The notes under the pieces were generated by a model. The model saw only the letters and a list, made by a program, of their open reading frames with translations. It had not been told where the DNA came from and made no database searches. The translations under genes were made by a program, and so were the position numbers. This document shows positions 42,637-53,726 of a stretch of DNA of 64,000 nucleotides, one piece after another. Numbering within the stretch: position 1 is the stretch's first letter; each line of letters begins with the position of its first letter. The stretch is from Aulosira sp. ZfuVER01 (GTDB lineage: Bacteria > Cyanobacteriota > Cyanobacteriia > Cyanobacteriales > Nostocaceae). The stretch spans positions 1 through 64,000 of the forward strand of contig JAVRCV020000030.1 in the NCBI GenBank assembly GCA_034530615.2. Direction: 5' to 3'.

Positions 42637-42696
42637 ATGATATCTCCTGTTTACTGCTAGATTATTAGAGGGGTGAAATCTAAAACTTAAAAAACT

Positions 42697-43803
42697 TTAA
42701 TTTGCTACGATTTGATTAACAGTAAATTGATTTCTTATTAGCCTTACTGTACTCTTCAGCCAACCTGAACCATATACTTGGTTAAACAACATTATAAAAA
42801 CAGAATCCGGCAAATATTCGCCCCATTTCAGCAACCATCCCTCAAGCCCTGTCCAACTAAACTGTGGATGGTTAATCAGTTGTTGATGTGCTTCTCGTCT
42901 TTCGGATTTGGAGGACTTCTTTAGCCGAGCCACTATATAACGATTATGACAATAAATCTGTCTTGATTGAATACTAGTTAGCCTTACAGCTATATCTACC
43001 CCATAAAAATTATTTAAAAAGCGTTTTATTTCTAGATTGATTTGTTCCGCAACTTTCATTTCTCTTTCTATATAATCTGCTGATAAAGACTGAACAAATG
43101 TCAGGTTTGAGCCATGCAGACGATACTTGCTTAGTACATCTTGTACAGGCACTATGGTAGATAAGAACAATGCAAAATTACGAACAAGAGCATCTGCATT
43201 CCGTACAAATGCTTCATTTAAAGGAAAAATACAATCAGTTACTTCACGACGAAAGCAGAGTGCAGAAGCTGGCGGTAAGTCATCAATAAAACCGCCATTT
43301 TCTAGTGCGGAGGGGGCCACCCAACCTGAAGGCATACTACTTACCAAAGGTTTTCTTTCAATGACATTTCCATTAGCATCTACGGGAATTACATTGTGAA
43401 TTACAAATCCACTGCTTGGTTCTGCCTTAAATGCTTCAACAATTTTAGATAGCTTGTTATCCATCCACACATCATCTGCATCCAAAATACAAATGATTTG
43501 CCCTTTGCTTTCTTTATATGCTTTGTTTAATGCCGAGCCAACGCCTCCATTTGGTTTGCGGATCAGTTTAATTCTGGAGTCTTTTTGCAAGTATGTTTCG
43601 ATTACTTCACAGGAGTTATCGGTTGAGCCATCATCACAAACTATGACTTCATAATGAGGATATGTTTGGTGAATAGCACTGTCTAAAGTTTCTCCAATAT
43701 ATTTAGCGTAGTTATAATTGGGGACTAATACTGATACCAATGGACTTTCAGGTAGTTGCGAAAGTTTAATAGGTTGCAAATTTTGAGCTTGTATTTCTTG
43801 CAT
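42697..43803 (-). CDS. Glycosyltransferase family 2
   Basis: VSVLVPNYN, DDGSTD and LDADD. Confidence 0.9.
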   Translation of the reverse strand: MQEIQAQNLQPIKLSQLPESPLVSVLVPNYNYAKYIGETLDSAIHQTYPHYEVIVCDDGSTDNSCEVIETYLQKDSRIKLIRKPNGGVGSALNKAYKESKGQIICILDADDVWMDNKLSKIVEAFKAEPSSGFVIHNVIPVDANGNVIERKPLVSSMPSGWVAPSALENGGFIDDLPPASALCFRREVTDCIFPLNEAFVRNADALVRNFALFLSTIVPVQDVLSKYRLHGSNLTFVQSLSADYIEREMKVAEQINLEIKRFLNNFYGVDIAVRLTSIQSRQIYCHNRYIVARLKKSSKSERREAHQQLINHPQFSWTGLEGWLLKWGEYLPDSVFIMLFNQVYGSGWLKSTVRLIRNQFTVNQIVAN

Positions 43804-43837
43804 TTGTTAATCCTTAATATCTGGATATCACTATTTC

Positions 43838-45691
43838 TTAAGCTTTTAAATGCTCATTTAGCTTTAGATAATTTTGCCAAAATTCAGAAGATGTTAAATA
43901 CTTGAAAGCATTTCTCCACTCAGAACTGACAGATGACCATCTAGATGCATTTTTCATAATAATTTGTACCCATCTAATTAATAGGTTAATACAAATTTTT
44001 CTATTCATCTCATGCACATAAACGTTGCTATTTCCTTCTCTCGCAATAACAAACCGCCTTTTTGCGAATTCTTTATCCCAATAGTCAGTATATTCAGAAG
44101 AAATCCGATAATATCCTTCCTCATTACTTATCAAAAAATCAGGAAGTAAATGTCCATTGATAGTAACTAAAGCGATTATCTTTTTGATGAGTGGGGAAAT
44201 AATATTTTTATTACTTGAATTACAGCGTTCTAGACTCTCGTCTGTGGAAGTTGCTCGTACACTTTGGGTATTATAGCTTTTACTAAGTCCTAGAACTCTA
44301 GTGTGGAGTTTCTCCGGATCGTTGTTGATGAGGAATTGCGGCCCTTTGAAATAATCCTCAAAACCCGTTATCAGCATTTCTGCTGAATTATAGTCATACG
44401 CCAACAGGTTGTAGATTAGCTGTTGTGTTAAAAACTTAACTGTCTTGATATATCCTGAAAATCTATAAATAGAATTGGTTATGAGATGATTGCGAAATTT
44501 ATAATAGTTATCCCAAATAGGATTCTTTGCATAAAATGGTTCGTGCCAAACGGCTACTCCTGGAAAAGCAACTATTGAATTACCTAGACATTCTTTAATC
44601 CTTAAACCAAACTCCATATCATCTATCTTTATAAAGAAAGGCATTGGTAAGCCTGTTTTTTGAATAGTTTCCTTGGAAAAAGAGAAAAACCAAAAACCAC
44701 CGTAGTCTGGGCTATCTTCTGATAGCAAAAGATTAAGAACACTAATATTTTCGAGATTGAGTCCAGGCTTGAGACTGAGAGAGCCGAATGGATTATATAC
44801 ACTATTACCTTGATTATTAATAGCTTTACCATATACTGCGCCGGCCTCAAATAATCTATGCTTGTTATACAAATCCAACATACTACCAGATACGGCAAGG
44901 TCCTGATTCGCATATTCGTATAATGGAAAAAGCTTGTATATGGATTCACTCTCTAACTCAATGTCATCATCCATAAACAGGAAGTGTGTATAGATGCCCT
45001 CTTGCACAGCTTGAATTAAGCCTCTAGTAAAACCTCCACTGCCGCCTACATTTCTGTTAGAAATTAATTGAACTTTAGGATTACCAAAGTCATTTTCTGT
45101 TAGAGTTCTACCATTATCAACAATAAAGACCTTAAACTGCTTATCTTGGAGTAATCTATCTTTTAAAATAGTATTAACTGTATTTTTTAAGTATGCTTCT
45201 TTTTTAAAAGTACAAGTAATAATACCCAACTTTACTTCTCTAATCTTGGGTTGGTCAGTTATAATTAGTCCCTCTGAGAATAAGCCCTGCTCACTTAAGC
45301 AAGTAATTTCAAGATAAGCTCTACCACTATGTTCACTCCGCCAGGAATCGGGTAGGGAGAGTTTCACTGGGTTGCATAGTTGACATTTCTCAAAGCTCTC
45401 TGTATAGATAAGTTCTCTATTGTCTTGCTCGTGATGCTCTCTGTAAAGAGAAATTTGAAAGTCACCTTCAAGTTTTAATAAATAATATAGAGAAGATATT
45501 TCAGTATATTTTGCGTAAAATTTCTCGAAAAACGAATTAAAATAGGTGTTAAAAGATAACAGACTATCTCTAATAAAAACAACCTCTGGGTGTTGTGCAG
45601 AAAAATTTAAAAATGTACCCTCGTGACATTTCATGTACAAGCTAGATGTTTCCAATGTACACGGAAATTGAATTCTATTTATTACGTTCAT
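43838..45691 (-). CDS. GlfT2-like galactofuranosyltransferase (GT2 with N-terminal extension)
   Basis: NVGGSGGFTRG, FMDDD, FIKIDDMEFG and VAVWHEPF, adjacent to glf. Confidence 0.8.
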   Translation of the reverse strand: MNVINRIQFPCTLETSSLYMKCHEGTFLNFSAQHPEVVFIRDSLLSFNTYFNSFFEKFYAKYTEISSLYYLLKLEGDFQISLYREHHEQDNRELIYTESFEKCQLCNPVKLSLPDSWRSEHSGRAYLEITCLSEQGLFSEGLIITDQPKIREVKLGIITCTFKKEAYLKNTVNTILKDRLLQDKQFKVFIVDNGRTLTENDFGNPKVQLISNRNVGGSGGFTRGLIQAVQEGIYTHFLFMDDDIELESESIYKLFPLYEYANQDLAVSGSMLDLYNKHRLFEAGAVYGKAINNQGNSVYNPFGSLSLKPGLNLENISVLNLLLSEDSPDYGGFWFFSFSKETIQKTGLPMPFFIKIDDMEFGLRIKECLGNSIVAFPGVAVWHEPFYAKNPIWDNYYKFRNHLITNSIYRFSGYIKTVKFLTQQLIYNLLAYDYNSAEMLITGFEDYFKGPQFLINNDPEKLHTRVLGLSKSYNTQSVRATSTDESLERCNSSNKNIISPLIKKIIALVTINGHLLPDFLISNEEGYYRISSEYTDYWDKEFAKRRFVIAREGNSNVYVHEMNRKICINLLIRWVQIIMKNASRWSSVSSEWRNAFKYLTSSEFWQNYLKLNEHLKA

Positions 45692-45819
45692 CTTGCTCCT
45701 ATTCAGTTTTGACAGATTTAATGAGTTTCTGGTAGATACAGAATCTTGTCCTAATAAAGTGATAATTTGCCGACAACTGAATGCTAATACCTTTATTTCT
45801 CAGAGTTTATCTATCGTCA

Positions 45820-46950
45820 CTACATTGTTGAAGTTGCTATCTCTTTTTCAAACAGACCAAGTGCACGAACTACTGCTTGATCCATGTCGTAGTATTTGTA
45901 ATCTGCAAGCCGCCCTGCAAAAATTACTGTACCGTTGAGTTTTTCTACTTCTTTTAGGTATAGGTCTAGGCGATCGCGATTATCTTCATTGAGAATCGGA
46001 TAATAAGGATCATTTTTACCTGGGACATAAGCTTGGGGATATTCCATCACTAAGGTAGTTTTGGGAGAAGTTTGTCCTGACAAATACTTCTGCTCAGTTA
46101 TACGGGTGATGTCATAGTCATTGGGGTAGTTAACTGTACCAACTTCTTGATACAACTCTTGATCTAAAGTTTCAAATTGAAAGCGCAGGCTCCGGTAGGG
46201 CAATTCGCCATACATATAATCGAAAAAGGTATCAATTGGCCCTGTGCAAAGTATACGGTTAAACTTTACATCATTGATAATCTCGCGGTAATCGGTATTT
46301 AGGAGTACTTTAATGTTAGGGTGAGCCAGCATTTTGCGAAACATCTCGGTGTAACCAAGCTTAGGCATAGCTTGATAAGGATCTTGAAAGTAACGATTAT
46401 CTCGACTGATATAAACTGGAACACGTCCCGTTACACCTCTATCTAGTTCTTCTGGTTTCACACCCCACTGCTTCATGGTGTAGCGGAGAAAGATATTTTC
46501 GTAAATGTAATCAGCTAAAAAGCTTAAATCTCCACTAGCACTTTCACGCAGTTTTAAAATAGGTACTTTGACTCCAAAACCAAAGCTTTCTAGAAGCAAA
46601 TCCTCTAGCTTGGCTGCATATTTAGGAGGAAAAAGGGCATATAGAGAATTGAGATTAAAGGGAACAGGAACCTTTTTACCCTCTACTACTCCCAAAACAT
46701 GGTGATAGTAATGTCTCCATTCGGTAAATTGAGAGAGGTAATCCCAGACTTTTTTGGATTTGGTATGAAAAATATGTGGCCCATATTTGTGAACTAAAAT
46801 GCCATGCTCATTATAGTAATCGTAGGCATTACCGCCGATATGGTCTCGTTGTTCTACAATTAATACTCTCTGTCCAAGTTCATTAGCAATTCTTTCAGCT
46901 ATGACGCAGGCTGAATACCCAGCGCCAATAATTAACCAGTCAAATTTCAT
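45820..46950 (-). CDS. glf: UDP-galactopyranose mutase
   Basis: HIGGNAYD, HKYGPHIFHT, LPYRSL, PYYP and GRLADYKYYDMD. Confidence 0.96.
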   Translation of the reverse strand: MKFDWLIIGAGYSACVIAERIANELGQRVLIVEQRDHIGGNAYDYYNEHGILVHKYGPHIFHTKSKKVWDYLSQFTEWRHYYHHVLGVVEGKKVPVPFNLNSLYALFPPKYAAKLEDLLLESFGFGVKVPILKLRESASGDLSFLADYIYENIFLRYTMKQWGVKPEELDRGVTGRVPVYISRDNRYFQDPYQAMPKLGYTEMFRKMLAHPNIKVLLNTDYREIINDVKFNRILCTGPIDTFFDYMYGELPYRSLRFQFETLDQELYQEVGTVNYPNDYDITRITEQKYLSGQTSPKTTLVMEYPQAYVPGKNDPYYPILNEDNRDRLDLYLKEVEKLNGTVIFAGRLADYKYYDMDQAVVRALGLFEKEIATSTM

Positions 46951-46971
46951 TTGTTTTACTCCTCAAAGGCA

Positions 46972-48099
46972 TCATTTAAGTAATAATTGAATTTCTTCGA
47001 TAAATTTATCTATAGGGTCACGAGGAATTACTTTTCGCACATTAAAATATGCCTCTTTACCAATTTCGCGCCATGATTCTCTTCTTTGCCATGCTCTCTC
47101 CATCGCATCATCTAAACATTCAGTAATGGGCGCTCTTGCTACAAAACCATTGATGTTATCTTGAACTAATTCTGTATTTCCCGCAACATCAGTAACAATG
47201 CATAACCTCCCACACAGCATTGCTTCTACCATTGCTAATGGTAAACCTTCGTATCTAGAAGGCAAAATTAGAGCGTGATGATCGGTCCATATAGCTTCAA
47301 CATTATCTACAAAACCACCAAACTTGACTTTATCTAAGCTCCATCGCTCTTTTAAGAGCTTTAAGGTATTTCGTTGATAACCGTCTCCAAAGAGAGTAAC
47401 TTCAATCTGTCTGGTTTTCCATTTTTCAGAACGAAGTACATCAAAGAGTATGTCTTGCCCTTTAGCATCTGGATCTAAACGCCCTACACATGCAAACTTC
47501 AATACACTTTCATCTTTAGGCCATGAGAATGCTACATCATAGGATACGTTGTATGGATTTCTGACAATCTTGGCATTATGAAGTTCGACTGCTAACTGCC
47601 TGGCTGTAAGTTCTAAATTTCTCTGAGATACAAAAAAACATTTTTCAGCGCTCAAATAACCTTTTGCTGCTGTTGCAACTAAAGCATCAGATGGCCATCT
47701 GAATTCACCAGCAGCATGGACAATAACAACATAGGGAATATTTCTTTTCAGGCAAGCCTGCATCCAACCTTGATCCTCATAATTAAACCCTTCAGAAATC
47801 ACGACTAAATCAGGAGCAAATTTATCTAACCAGAGCGAGAATAATTCATATTTAAATATTTTTCTAAATCCTTTAGAAGTTAACTTACCTAATAGATTAC
47901 TGTCATATCTTCTATAGCAAATATGGCACTTTAACTGCTCAAGCTCCCGAATTCTTTTTGGAGCTTGCTTATGACCTTTAACATTTACGCCAATTGTAAA
48001 ACCCTGAGTAGCCATTCTGATAGCAGTTTGCGACCATAATTCCTCGCTACCAGCCCAAGGTGTTGTATCATTAGTAGAAACAAAAGCTATCTTTTTCAT
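46972..48099 (-). CDS. Glycosyltransferase family 4
   Basis: VGRL..KGQD and SRYEGLPLAMVEAM. Confidence 0.9.
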   Translation of the reverse strand: MKKIAFVSTNDTTPWAGSEELWSQTAIRMATQGFTIGVNVKGHKQAPKRIRELEQLKCHICYRRYDSNLLGKLTSKGFRKIFKYELFSLWLDKFAPDLVVISEGFNYEDQGWMQACLKRNIPYVVIVHAAGEFRWPSDALVATAAKGYLSAEKCFFVSQRNLELTARQLAVELHNAKIVRNPYNVSYDVAFSWPKDESVLKFACVGRLDPDAKGQDILFDVLRSEKWKTRQIEVTLFGDGYQRNTLKLLKERWSLDKVKFGGFVDNVEAIWTDHHALILPSRYEGLPLAMVEAMLCGRLCIVTDVAGNTELVQDNINGFVARAPITECLDDAMERAWQRRESWREIGKEAYFNVRKVIPRDPIDKFIEEIQLLLK

Positions 48100-48153
48100 A
48101 AAAAATTATCTCATCCATACTATTAAGCTAAATTCAATAAATTTTTATTTATA

Positions 48154-49026
48154 TTACTTCTGTATTTTCTTAAACTTGTCTAACCAAAGTAATTCATTAA
48201 ATTTTCTGGATAAAGACAAAGGTAATTCTTGTGGTTTCTTTGAGAAATACTTAACTCTATTTATAATTCCATACTGTACGTTATAGTACTTGCGTTTGAT
48301 ACCTATTTGCCATTGCTGAAGCATAGGAAGCTCCTTTCGATACTCTTCTAGGATAACTTCTATGCGTTTCATGGTTTGACCACTGGCTAGACCATTAAAT
48401 GTTTTTGTACCTTTTATCATCCGATAATTACCCCAAGTTTTGTTTACATATTTTACTGTTGCAGTTTGCACAGCCTTCAGTAAAAATCTCATATCCATTG
48501 TGTAATGAGCTTCTACATCGTAGAGACCAATTATTTTATGCAATGAAGTATGGTAAAAATAAGCAGAAGGATTAGCAGGGAAAGGGTTTATATGCCACCC
48601 TAGAAGTAAATCTGTTAACTTTAACTTTGCTGGCTTGTTAACTTCAAAAATAATGCAGTCATCATTCCATATGTTACAGTTACCGACTAACAAACTAGGA
48701 TTTGGTAAGGTTTTGAATATTTCTTCTACTTGATTCAATACATTCGGTTCATAATAGTCGTCAACATTGAGAATACCTAAAATGTCACCTTTAGACATTG
48801 CAATCCCTTTATTCATTGCATCTGACTGCCCTTTATCTTTTTCAGACAACCATCGTATATGTGGATATTTCTCAGCATACTGTTTAATGATTTCTACAGT
48901 TCGGTCTGTGGAACCTCCATCTAAAATGATGTGTTCAATATCGTGGCAGTTTTGGCCAATCACATTATTTATGCAGTCTTCAATAAATTTATCGCCGTTA
49001 TAAACTGGGGTGATAATGCTAATCAT
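48154..49026 (-). CDS. Glycosyltransferase family 2 (WcaE-like)
   Basis: SIITPVYN, DGGSTD and DKGQSDAMNKG. Confidence 0.9.
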   Translation of the reverse strand: MISIITPVYNGDKFIEDCINNVIGQNCHDIEHIILDGGSTDRTVEIIKQYAEKYPHIRWLSEKDKGQSDAMNKGIAMSKGDILGILNVDDYYEPNVLNQVEEIFKTLPNPSLLVGNCNIWNDDCIIFEVNKPAKLKLTDLLLGWHINPFPANPSAYFYHTSLHKIIGLYDVEAHYTMDMRFLLKAVQTATVKYVNKTWGNYRMIKGTKTFNGLASGQTMKRIEVILEEYRKELPMLQQWQIGIKRKYYNVQYGIINRVKYFSKKPQELPLSLSRKFNELLWLDKFKKIQK

Positions 49027-49153
49027 GTTTCTATTACTTAATATTGTGGTCTTATTTGAATTTAGGAAAGCAATGTACTAACTTTTGTGTATTTACTATT
49101 GAGGTTTCCTATAACTTTTGGTAAACTCAAAATTAGCAATAATAAATTTCTCG

Positions 49154-50374
49154 CTAATTATTCATAATCTGCTGATATAGTTCTATATATCGCTTGGCTT
49201 GTAACTCTAAAGGGTATTCTTGAAGTGCGATCGCTCGACAATTTTGACTCATGCGATCGCACAAGCTTTTATCTTCCAATAACTCGACAATCCCATTACA
49301 AAAATCATTAGCATCTTCTGGTGTAGCTAAGTAGCCAGTAATACCGTGACGCACTAAATCAGGAACTCCACCAATTTTGAATGAAACCATTGGCGTACCA
49401 CATGCCATACTCTCTTGTAGGACAAGGGGAAGATTATCAGCGCGAGTGGGAAAAATGAACAAATCAGCCGCAGAATAGGCAATTGATTTCAGTCGATCGC
49501 TATCTACATACCCTAAATTTAGGTTTTCCATACCTACAGTATTTGAGATTGCTTCACCTCCTTTACCAAAGGTTATTAGCATCGTTTCAGCCTTGAGAGA
49601 TTCAGGTAAATTTTGGAGTGCTTTTAGTAGCAAGTCTCCACCTTTACGCGCATCCTTTAACTCTTCAGCCCCAAACATGAGAACTTTCTTATTGTTTGGG
49701 ATACCGAGTACAAACCGACATTTCTCAGAGTCAAGAGGTTGATAAGCTTCTGTATCTATACCATAGGGAATATGATGAACCGGAAATCGGTTAAGCATAC
49801 TCTGCTTAACTTGCTCAGTCAGCCAATTACTGGGAGTAATAATTGATAGGTTAGAGCTGCTATAGACCCAATTTTTTAGTTTCCATTCTAAGTGAGTATT
49901 GTCTACTTTAATATTTGGATAGGTATCTGGATAAGGGCATTTACCACAGCCCGTTTTCCAGCGATCGCAGTCATAACTGTAACTACAGTGCCCCGTAAAG
50001 CTCCACATATCGTGGAGTGTAAAAACTGCTGGTTTATTTTTCGTTAGTGAGGAAATTGCTAAATAGTTGAAATATTCATTATGTAAATTGTGAAAGTTAA
50101 GAATATCTGCTTCTTTGAAGAAAGGATGCTGAGAAATATTAAAGCTACTGATATAGTTGAGGTAGTTAAGACCAAAACTCTCATTAACGTGACCGAGTAG
50201 TTTCTCGGTACGGTCTTTGCGCGGAACAGAAGCGACGCGATCGCTATTGGTTGACTTTGTACCTACTAGCAGTCGCGAGTCAATACCTTGAACCAGCAAA
50301 CCTTGATGTAGTCTATAGCCTGCGATCGCTGCTCCACCAGCAATATCAGATTTGTTGATGTGTAGAACATTCAT
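49154..50374 (-). CDS. Glycosyltransferase family 4 (WcaC-like)
   Basis: GGAAIA, TLHDMWSFTGHC and DNLPLVLQESMACG. The MNVLHI start was chosen. Confidence 0.9.
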   Translation of the reverse strand: MNVLHINKSDIAGGAAIAGYRLHQGLLVQGIDSRLLVGTKSTNSDRVASVPRKDRTEKLLGHVNESFGLNYLNYISSFNISQHPFFKEADILNFHNLHNEYFNYLAISSLTKNKPAVFTLHDMWSFTGHCSYSYDCDRWKTGCGKCPYPDTYPNIKVDNTHLEWKLKNWVYSSSNLSIITPSNWLTEQVKQSMLNRFPVHHIPYGIDTEAYQPLDSEKCRFVLGIPNNKKVLMFGAEELKDARKGGDLLLKALQNLPESLKAETMLITFGKGGEAISNTVGMENLNLGYVDSDRLKSIAYSAADLFIFPTRADNLPLVLQESMACGTPMVSFKIGGVPDLVRHGITGYLATPEDANDFCNGIVELLEDKSLCDRMSQNCRAIALQEYPLELQAKRYIELYQQIMNN

Positions 50375-50415
50375 AGAAAGTTGTTTTGTTTCTACTATTG
50401 AGTGTGCAGCTAGGT

Positions 50416-51357
50416 TCAAGCTTGTAAAGTGAGCTTATTTTTCACTGAAGATAAGCGCCGACGAAGCTTCATCAAGGGCTTGTCTTGTTCTCGCATTTTC
50501 TGACCTCCAAAAATATAATCAAAGCTGTGCCGATCTGCGTCTTGATGTCTAACAACAAACTGAGGATGTTTGATTTCCGTAAGTTTCGCAGTTGGCAATT
50601 TGGATCTTGGATCATCACCTACTGTATGAGCTGCATCCAGGCGATTAAAACCAAGGTTAGAAATTAGATTCTTATTGGGTGCTATGGCTAGTCCCCCTTG
50701 TGACCAACAAGCATACATCCATTGATAATCCCAAGTATCTATTACTTGAGGATCTTCATACATTTGCTCTAATATATCTGTCCAAAATTTTTGTTCGTAT
50801 GGATCTTCAAAAATGTATTCAATGAAGCCAGTTTGCTTGAAATCTGGCCAGGTCTTCATGTAATAGTCATAGTTTTGCCAAGCTCTTCGCCAAGAAGCCC
50901 AGCCCCATCCATGCATATATTTTGAAAAGTAGTAACTGTCATCAGTTCTATCTTGGTTAACAGAGTTATCACCATTAATATGCATGATTCTTTCATCGTG
51001 GCGATAACGTTCCAGCATTGCCTCACAAAAGCTGAAGAAGGAAGGAGATGGTAATGTATCATCTTCTAAGAAAATAGCTTCTTCAACTTGGGAAAAAACC
51101 CAGTCAAATCCACTAGCTTCTCGTCGTCCACAGCCTAAGTTTTTATCAGAAAAGTTAGTTAATACTTCACAATCCCAATCTACTTTTTGGATAACTGCTC
51201 TAGTTTTTTCACACTTTTCTAGTTCTTCAGGAAATCGAGGTCCATCGGCAATTACAAACAGTTTTTTAGGTTTTACTTGGGCAATAGCAGCAAATACCTG
51301 TTCTGTTAAGTCGGGGCGGTTAAAGATGAGGAAGCCTATAGGGGTTGATAAAGTCAT
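50416..51357 (-). CDS. GT-A-fold nucleotide-diphospho-sugar transferase
   Basis: IFNRP, ADGPR, NLGC, FLEDD, WGWASW and DTWDYQW. Confidence 0.8.
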   Translation of the reverse strand: MTLSTPIGFLIFNRPDLTEQVFAAIAQVKPKKLFVIADGPRFPEELEKCEKTRAVIQKVDWDCEVLTNFSDKNLGCGRREASGFDWVFSQVEEAIFLEDDTLPSPSFFSFCEAMLERYRHDERIMHINGDNSVNQDRTDDSYYFSKYMHGWGWASWRRAWQNYDYYMKTWPDFKQTGFIEYIFEDPYEQKFWTDILEQMYEDPQVIDTWDYQWMYACWSQGGLAIAPNKNLISNLGFNRLDAAHTVGDDPRSKLPTAKLTEIKHPQFVVRHQDADRHSFDYIFGGQKMREQDKPLMKLRRRLSSVKNKLTLQA

Positions 51358-51363
51358 TGCTAG

Positions 51364-52410
51364 TTAGTGATTGGGAATGAACTTGATATAAAGAAATATA
51401 TGCTTTACCAATTTCTTGAACTGGCGTAAATTCCACCATAAAATTAAATCTATTACCTGTCTAATAACTCTCAAAAAGTAGCCAAATTTTAAAGCTTCTC
51501 TAATCTGTGCTTGTCCAGCATCAATATTGCCTTGGGTATACAACTTCCTAGCTAGAGAAATTGCATAATTTGCAGAATTTCTCTTGGCTTTATTCAAGAA
51601 ATCATCAGCCGTTTTTTTAGGTAAATATTGATATATGTATGATTGAACTATTTCGATAGCCCTTTGTGCATCTCTAGTATTTTCAGCAGAGCTTACAGCA
51701 TTTCCAGTTAAAGATGTGGAACGCATACGATAGACAGCTAACGGCTCAACTTCATACCAAATAGGATAACGTGTAGCAATTCTGATCCACATTTCCCAAT
51801 CTTCACAAGAACCACGGAAACGAGTATCAAAACCACTGACTTGTTCGTATACATCACGCCGCACAACTATTGAAGGTGTTTGAATAGGATGATCAACAAT
51901 TATTTTCTCTAACCAATTATTTAAAATGCCGGTTTCATCTTGTTCTAATCTAGAAATACTTTGCCAGTGACTATTATCATCTGCAAAAATATGTCGGCAA
52001 AAGGCAGCACCAATCTGTTGATTTTTTTCAAAAGCTAACTGCATCTTGCTATAGAACCCTGAAAGAGCTAAATCATCCCCATGTAATAAATGGATTAATT
52101 TTCCACGCGATCGCTGTAAGCAAGTCTCAAAATTTTTGATGTAGCCTACGTTCTCTGGTTGGCGATAAAAACTAACGCGATCGCCTGCTAGTTCTCTCAC
52201 AACAGCTTCAGGATCATCCTTTGTAGAGTGGTCATCTACTACCTCTATTTGCATTACCTCTGGGCCTGGGTCTTGCGCTAAGACGCTAGTCAGTGTTTCG
52301 CGCAGATAGTTTGCACAGTTATAGGTGGGAATCATTACTGACCAAAGGGGACGTGGTGTTCGCTCTGGAACTGGCAGAATAGTAGCTCTATAAAGATGTC
52401 GTTCATTCAT
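51364..52410 (-). CDS. Glycosyltransferase family 2
   Basis: SVMIPTYN, DDHST, LHGDD and EDWEMW. Confidence 0.9.
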   Translation of the reverse strand: MNERHLYRATILPVPERTPRPLWSVMIPTYNCANYLRETLTSVLAQDPGPEVMQIEVVDDHSTKDDPEAVVRELAGDRVSFYRQPENVGYIKNFETCLQRSRGKLIHLLHGDDLALSGFYSKMQLAFEKNQQIGAAFCRHIFADDNSHWQSISRLEQDETGILNNWLEKIIVDHPIQTPSIVVRRDVYEQVSGFDTRFRGSCEDWEMWIRIATRYPIWYEVEPLAVYRMRSTSLTGNAVSSAENTRDAQRAIEIVQSYIYQYLPKKTADDFLNKAKRNSANYAISLARKLYTQGNIDAGQAQIREALKFGYFLRVIRQVIDLILWWNLRQFKKLVKHIFLYIKFIPNH

Positions 52411-52415
52411 AACTG

Positions 52416-53651
52416 TTAACCCTCTACCTGTTTCAATGGAGAAATAGAATATGACGGCTTTTGACCACTGGAGATTTCCTTGTAATAGTTCACTAGCTCT
52501 TGCACTGTGCGTTCAACTGCAAATTCTTGAACTTTGGACTTTGCTGCTTGTCCAATACCATCCAAATTAGGGTGCATCCATGCTTCATTAATTTTGGTAG
52601 CTAGTGCATTTACTTCACCTAGAGGTACAAGAAAGCCTGTCTCACCGTCGGTAAGCAATTCTTCAAAACTTGCTCCAACTGTCCCAATGATAGATTTTCC
52701 CAATGCCATAGCTTCTAAACAAGCATTGGGCAAGTTATCAATCAAAGAGGGTAAGACAACCAATTTAGCACCAGCAATTACAGGATAGAGCTTGCTATGA
52801 AGTATTGGATTGATGAAAATCAATCTATTTATATACTGGCTACACAGAGAACTAGCATATTCCTTCATGGAAGAAGCTAGAGAAGATCCGGTATCTAAAC
52901 CCACAAAAACAACGTGACAGTCTGGATATTTTTCTAAAACCTGGGGCAGTGCCTGAGCTAATATGTGGAATCCCTTATGAAGTTGAAAACGACCGAAGAA
53001 GAGTAAGTATTGTTTGCCCTGTAAGTTTTCATTGAATACAGAGAAATCCCAATCTGAGGTTTCTAAATAGAAAGGTGTGCGAACCACTCTAACATGAGTT
53101 ATTTTTGCTTGTTCAGCCAGTAGTCGCTTCAGAGTATAACTGGGTGCATAGATGTGTTTGCTCAGACGCATCTGTAGCCATTCTAACCACTCTACAATTC
53201 GTTCATCGCGATCGCGTGGTGATTCACTCATCGCCATCCAAACTGGACGATATGCAGAAATACGTGTTACTTGTGGGATAGGTAAAAGAAGGCTTGAAAC
53301 CACACCACAAGCATCCCAGTCAGGGAACTGAACAATGTCGAAAGGTTGCTGCTTGTGTAATTGTAAAAGTTTGCGATAAACCTGAAAACTAAAGTCAAGA
53401 CATTTAGATGTTTGGGGTATACGGTATCGAGTTAGTTTATATAATCTTCGTTGGATTTTGCCTAAGGTTAGGCGATGAATTTGAATACCTTCGTGTTCAA
53501 ATTCAGCTTGATCAATTTCTGAAAGGACAACAATATGTACTTCATGTCCTAAGGAAACTAATGCCTTGGCAACTCGATGTAGATAGTTAGCCAAACCTCC
53601 ACTAAAGTATTCTTCAGTTACATATTCTGTCGTAGCAAATCCAATACGCAT
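52416..53651 (-). CDS. Glycosyltransferase family 4
   Basis: GGLANY, FGRFQLHKG and DNLPNACLEAM. Confidence 0.9.
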   Translation of the reverse strand: MRIGFATTEYVTEEYFSGGLANYLHRVAKALVSLGHEVHIVVLSEIDQAEFEHEGIQIHRLTLGKIQRRLYKLTRYRIPQTSKCLDFSFQVYRKLLQLHKQQPFDIVQFPDWDACGVVSSLLLPIPQVTRISAYRPVWMAMSESPRDRDERIVEWLEWLQMRLSKHIYAPSYTLKRLLAEQAKITHVRVVRTPFYLETSDWDFSVFNENLQGKQYLLFFGRFQLHKGFHILAQALPQVLEKYPDCHVVFVGLDTGSSLASSMKEYASSLCSQYINRLIFINPILHSKLYPVIAGAKLVVLPSLIDNLPNACLEAMALGKSIIGTVGASFEELLTDGETGFLVPLGEVNALATKINEAWMHPNLDGIGQAAKSKVQEFAVERTVQELVNYYKEISSGQKPSYSISPLKQVEG

Positions 53652-53726
53652 AGTTTCATGACCACTTAAAATATTTTTCCTTTTAATTATGTAATTAAGC
53701 CATTAAGCCAATCAAAGAATTATTTA

